Made by a program: the position numbers and the translations under genes. This document shows positions 61,500-64,000 of a stretch of 64,000 nt of DNA, piece by piece. The first letter of the stretch is position 1. The number at the start of each line of letters is the position of its first letter. The DNA comes from Diadema antillarum (Eukaryota). The stretch covers positions 682,001-746,000 of the forward strand of contig NW_027271540.1 of assembly GCF_040938485.1 (NCBI RefSeq). The letters run 5' to 3'. The notes beneath the pieces are model-generated. The model had not been told where the DNA came from and made no database searches. It saw nothing but the letters and a program-made list of their open reading frames with translations.

Positions 61500-63370
61500 T
61501 CCCAGAAAACTTCTATAAGGAGCGTGGAATGTCCGTACAATCATGGGCAAAGACGAAACAGTAAGGTCTCAACGGAGAATAGCACTAGTTGCCAGAGAGC
61601 TGTCTGGCTACATCATTGATATTGCCGTCCTCAGTGAGACTGCGATTGCAGAGGAAGGTTCACTCACAGAACACACCATTGGCTACACTTTTTTTTTCTG
61701 GAAAGGAAAAGCCCAAAAGGGAGACAGGGTCCATGGAGATAGCTTGGCTATAAACATCATTCTGCTCAGACAAATTTCAGACTTACCCACTGGCATCAGT
61801 GGACGACTCGTGACGCTACGTCTGCCCATCAGTCACAAGTGACATGCGACAATTGTTCCTGCATACACGTCGACATTAACAAGCTCAGAGGAAGCAATCG
61901 AACAGTTCTATGACAACCTCAGCTTCATACTCAGTACAATCCCGGCCACTGCGGTGTTGGCAAGATGAAGAGCAACGGCCTCCTGCTGTTGAGTAAATGC
62001 GCAGAGTTTAACCTCATCATCACGAACACAGTGTTTCGATTCGAGTGTTTCGAAAACAAGTACAAGACTACCTGGATGCATCCCAGATGCAAACGATGGC
62101 ACCTGATGGACTATGTCATTGTTCGCCAGAGAGATATCCGGTAAGTCAATGTTTCCAAGGTCATGTAGGGAGCAGAATGCTAGAAAGATCACAGGTCGGC
62201 ACCACCCCGAATTTGCATGTTGCCTCATTTCACCATACATGACCAAATCTCGTTCATTTATACTATATTCAACACAGCCAGACTCAGGTATCATTTCGTC
62301 CGGTTGAAGTTCCAGTACGAGCTCAATGAGAAGCTGTCTTCTATTGGATCACTAACTGGAGACCCAATGCAGAATGGAACCAGTTCGGAGAAGTGTTGAC
62401 AGATGCTGCAAAGTTAGAGCTTGGCCCCAAGAAGCGGCACCACCAGGAGTGGTTTGATAAAAAACAACGTTGCCATCAATGAGCTGCTTGCTAAGAAGAA
62501 CAAGGATTTAATGGAATGGCAGAATGAAGCAAACTCCACCTCAGAGAAAGGCCCAACAAAAATTGCGCAACATGCCAGATCAGTGGTGGGGGAAAAATCT
62601 GAAGAGATCCAAAGCTTTGCTGCTTAAACAAATCCAAAGAGTTCTTCGGCTCCACCAAAACAATCATTGACCATGTAAAATCTAACTCTTGTCCATTGCT
62701 GTCAGCAGACGGACTCATCATCATCAGGGACAGGACTGCATTAATGAGAAATGGAAGGAACACTTCAGCCAACTCCTGAATGACCCATCTGCAGTTGGGT
62801 AGGTGGTGCTTGAAGCAGTAAAAGAGGAACTTTATGTCCCATCATCCATAGCCGAAGTCAAGAAAGCCATCAAACAGATGAACCCAGGAAAGGCATCTGA
62901 CCAGGACGGTATTCCTGCAGAGTTATACAAGGCACTCAGCGACCAGGCCTTTGAGGTATTCTACGATGTTCTTACCAGTATCTGGAATGAAGATAAAATG
63001 ACAACTGACTTCCGTGATGCCACCATAATTGCCTTATAGAAAAACAAAGGCTCCAGAGTAGACATAGGCAACTACAAAGGCATACCCGTCCAGTCCATTG
63101 CTGGAAAAATTATCGCCCGTGTCATTCTGAATAGGCTGATCTTCACAATAGCAGAGAAAAACCTCCCTGAGACTCATTGTGCTAGCTGCTGTCTCCATAG
63201 ATCTCACAAAGGCATTCAACAGTGTCAACAGGGAAGCACTATGGATGATTCGTAGGAAACTCTTCAGCGCAGCAAAGTTCACCACACTTATCAGATTGTT
63301 CCATGAAATTATGACTAGTGAGGTTCGTCAAGTGGTGAACCATCAAAAAAAAAATCTGTCATCTCCGACG
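61500..63370 (+). mobile_element. Decayed, truncated RTE-clade LINE
   Basis: WNVRTI...RRIALVARELSGYIIDIAVLSET...GYTFFW (RTE APE), TTWMHPR..WHLMDYVIVRQRD, KQMNPGKAS.QDGIPAELYK, NYKG...IAGKIIARVILNRL, IDLTKAFNSVNRE; many frameshifts. Confidence 0.85.
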
Positions 63371-64000
63371 GTTTAAAGCGGTGTATCTACATAAGGTACA
63401 GAATAGATGGATCACCGTTTGATCTTGGACACCTTCCTGCGAAGACAAAAGTGCTGAAGAGGAAGAGGTTCATACTTAAAGCTCTGCTGACGGCACACGA
63501 AGAGGGTGGGGGAGGGAGGGGGTGGCTGCGGGTAATATCTGGAGAAAACGGTTTATAGAAGACATGTATGTAAGCAATTTCTTTCTGATTATGTATTTTT
63601 CTGTGTGCTTCGAGTACGCACACGACACAGTGTTTGATCTTCGTTTCTACTTTGATGTTGTTTTGTGCTCAGTAGTGCTTGCTTTTTGCCTTGACATACA
63701 TTCCTTGTACGCTACACCAAAATCGATCTCACCTGTGCGAACCAACAAATTGATTTTTCACAATTGTGCCAAGTGCATACTTATGAACGTACGTATAGCC
63801 ACATGTATGTTAAGATCTAAACAGAGAACTGGTTTGTTATTTTCATTATGTAAAGTACCAGTACTTAGTATACCTGTCTATATTGCTATTTTCACGCACA
63901 CTGTGCTGTCTCTCTTAGCGAAATTCACAAAAATTTACATAACAGTGTTAATGAACTTCCTATTGCGTATGCAAAAATGTGTTATGCCGGTGCTCTCCAC

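Overview
AT-rich, repeat-dense animal genomic DNA with three N gaps. It is most plausibly an invertebrate deuterostome such as an echinoderm; this is inferred from the gene and repeat content, not shown directly. Host genes reconstructed by hand from splice sites and reading phase: (1) the last two coding exons of an ST8Sia-type alpha-2,8-sialyltransferase (+, 3776..4309 and 12183..12471); (2) three paralogous CAT/SLC7 cationic amino acid transporter genes, each with one giant first coding exon, a 109-nt second exon and a short third exon (A +, 23841..28114; B -, 39639..31132; C -, 60840..57240). The standout element is an intact, very young Ty3/Gypsy (Mag-like) LTR retrotransposon (5015..10349) in the sialyltransferase intron. 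It has identical 125-bp LTRs with TA...TA ends, a TATAG target duplication and one 1587-aa gag-pol ORF. It has no tRNA-type primer site: the 12 nt after the 5' LTR are the exact reverse complement of 12 nt inside the LTR, as in Tf1-type self-priming. That LTR segment begins exactly at a textbook 3' splice site and is followed 34 nt later by a donor. Other mobile DNA: three Penelope-like remnants with minimal hammerhead ribozyme motifs; a near-full-length L2 LINE with a 2A-like GDIQTNPGP motif; a Helentron-type non-autonomous element nested in a Tc1/mariner-type MITE; a decayed RTE LINE; tRNA-derived SINE pieces; several MITEs, minisatellites and microsatellites.
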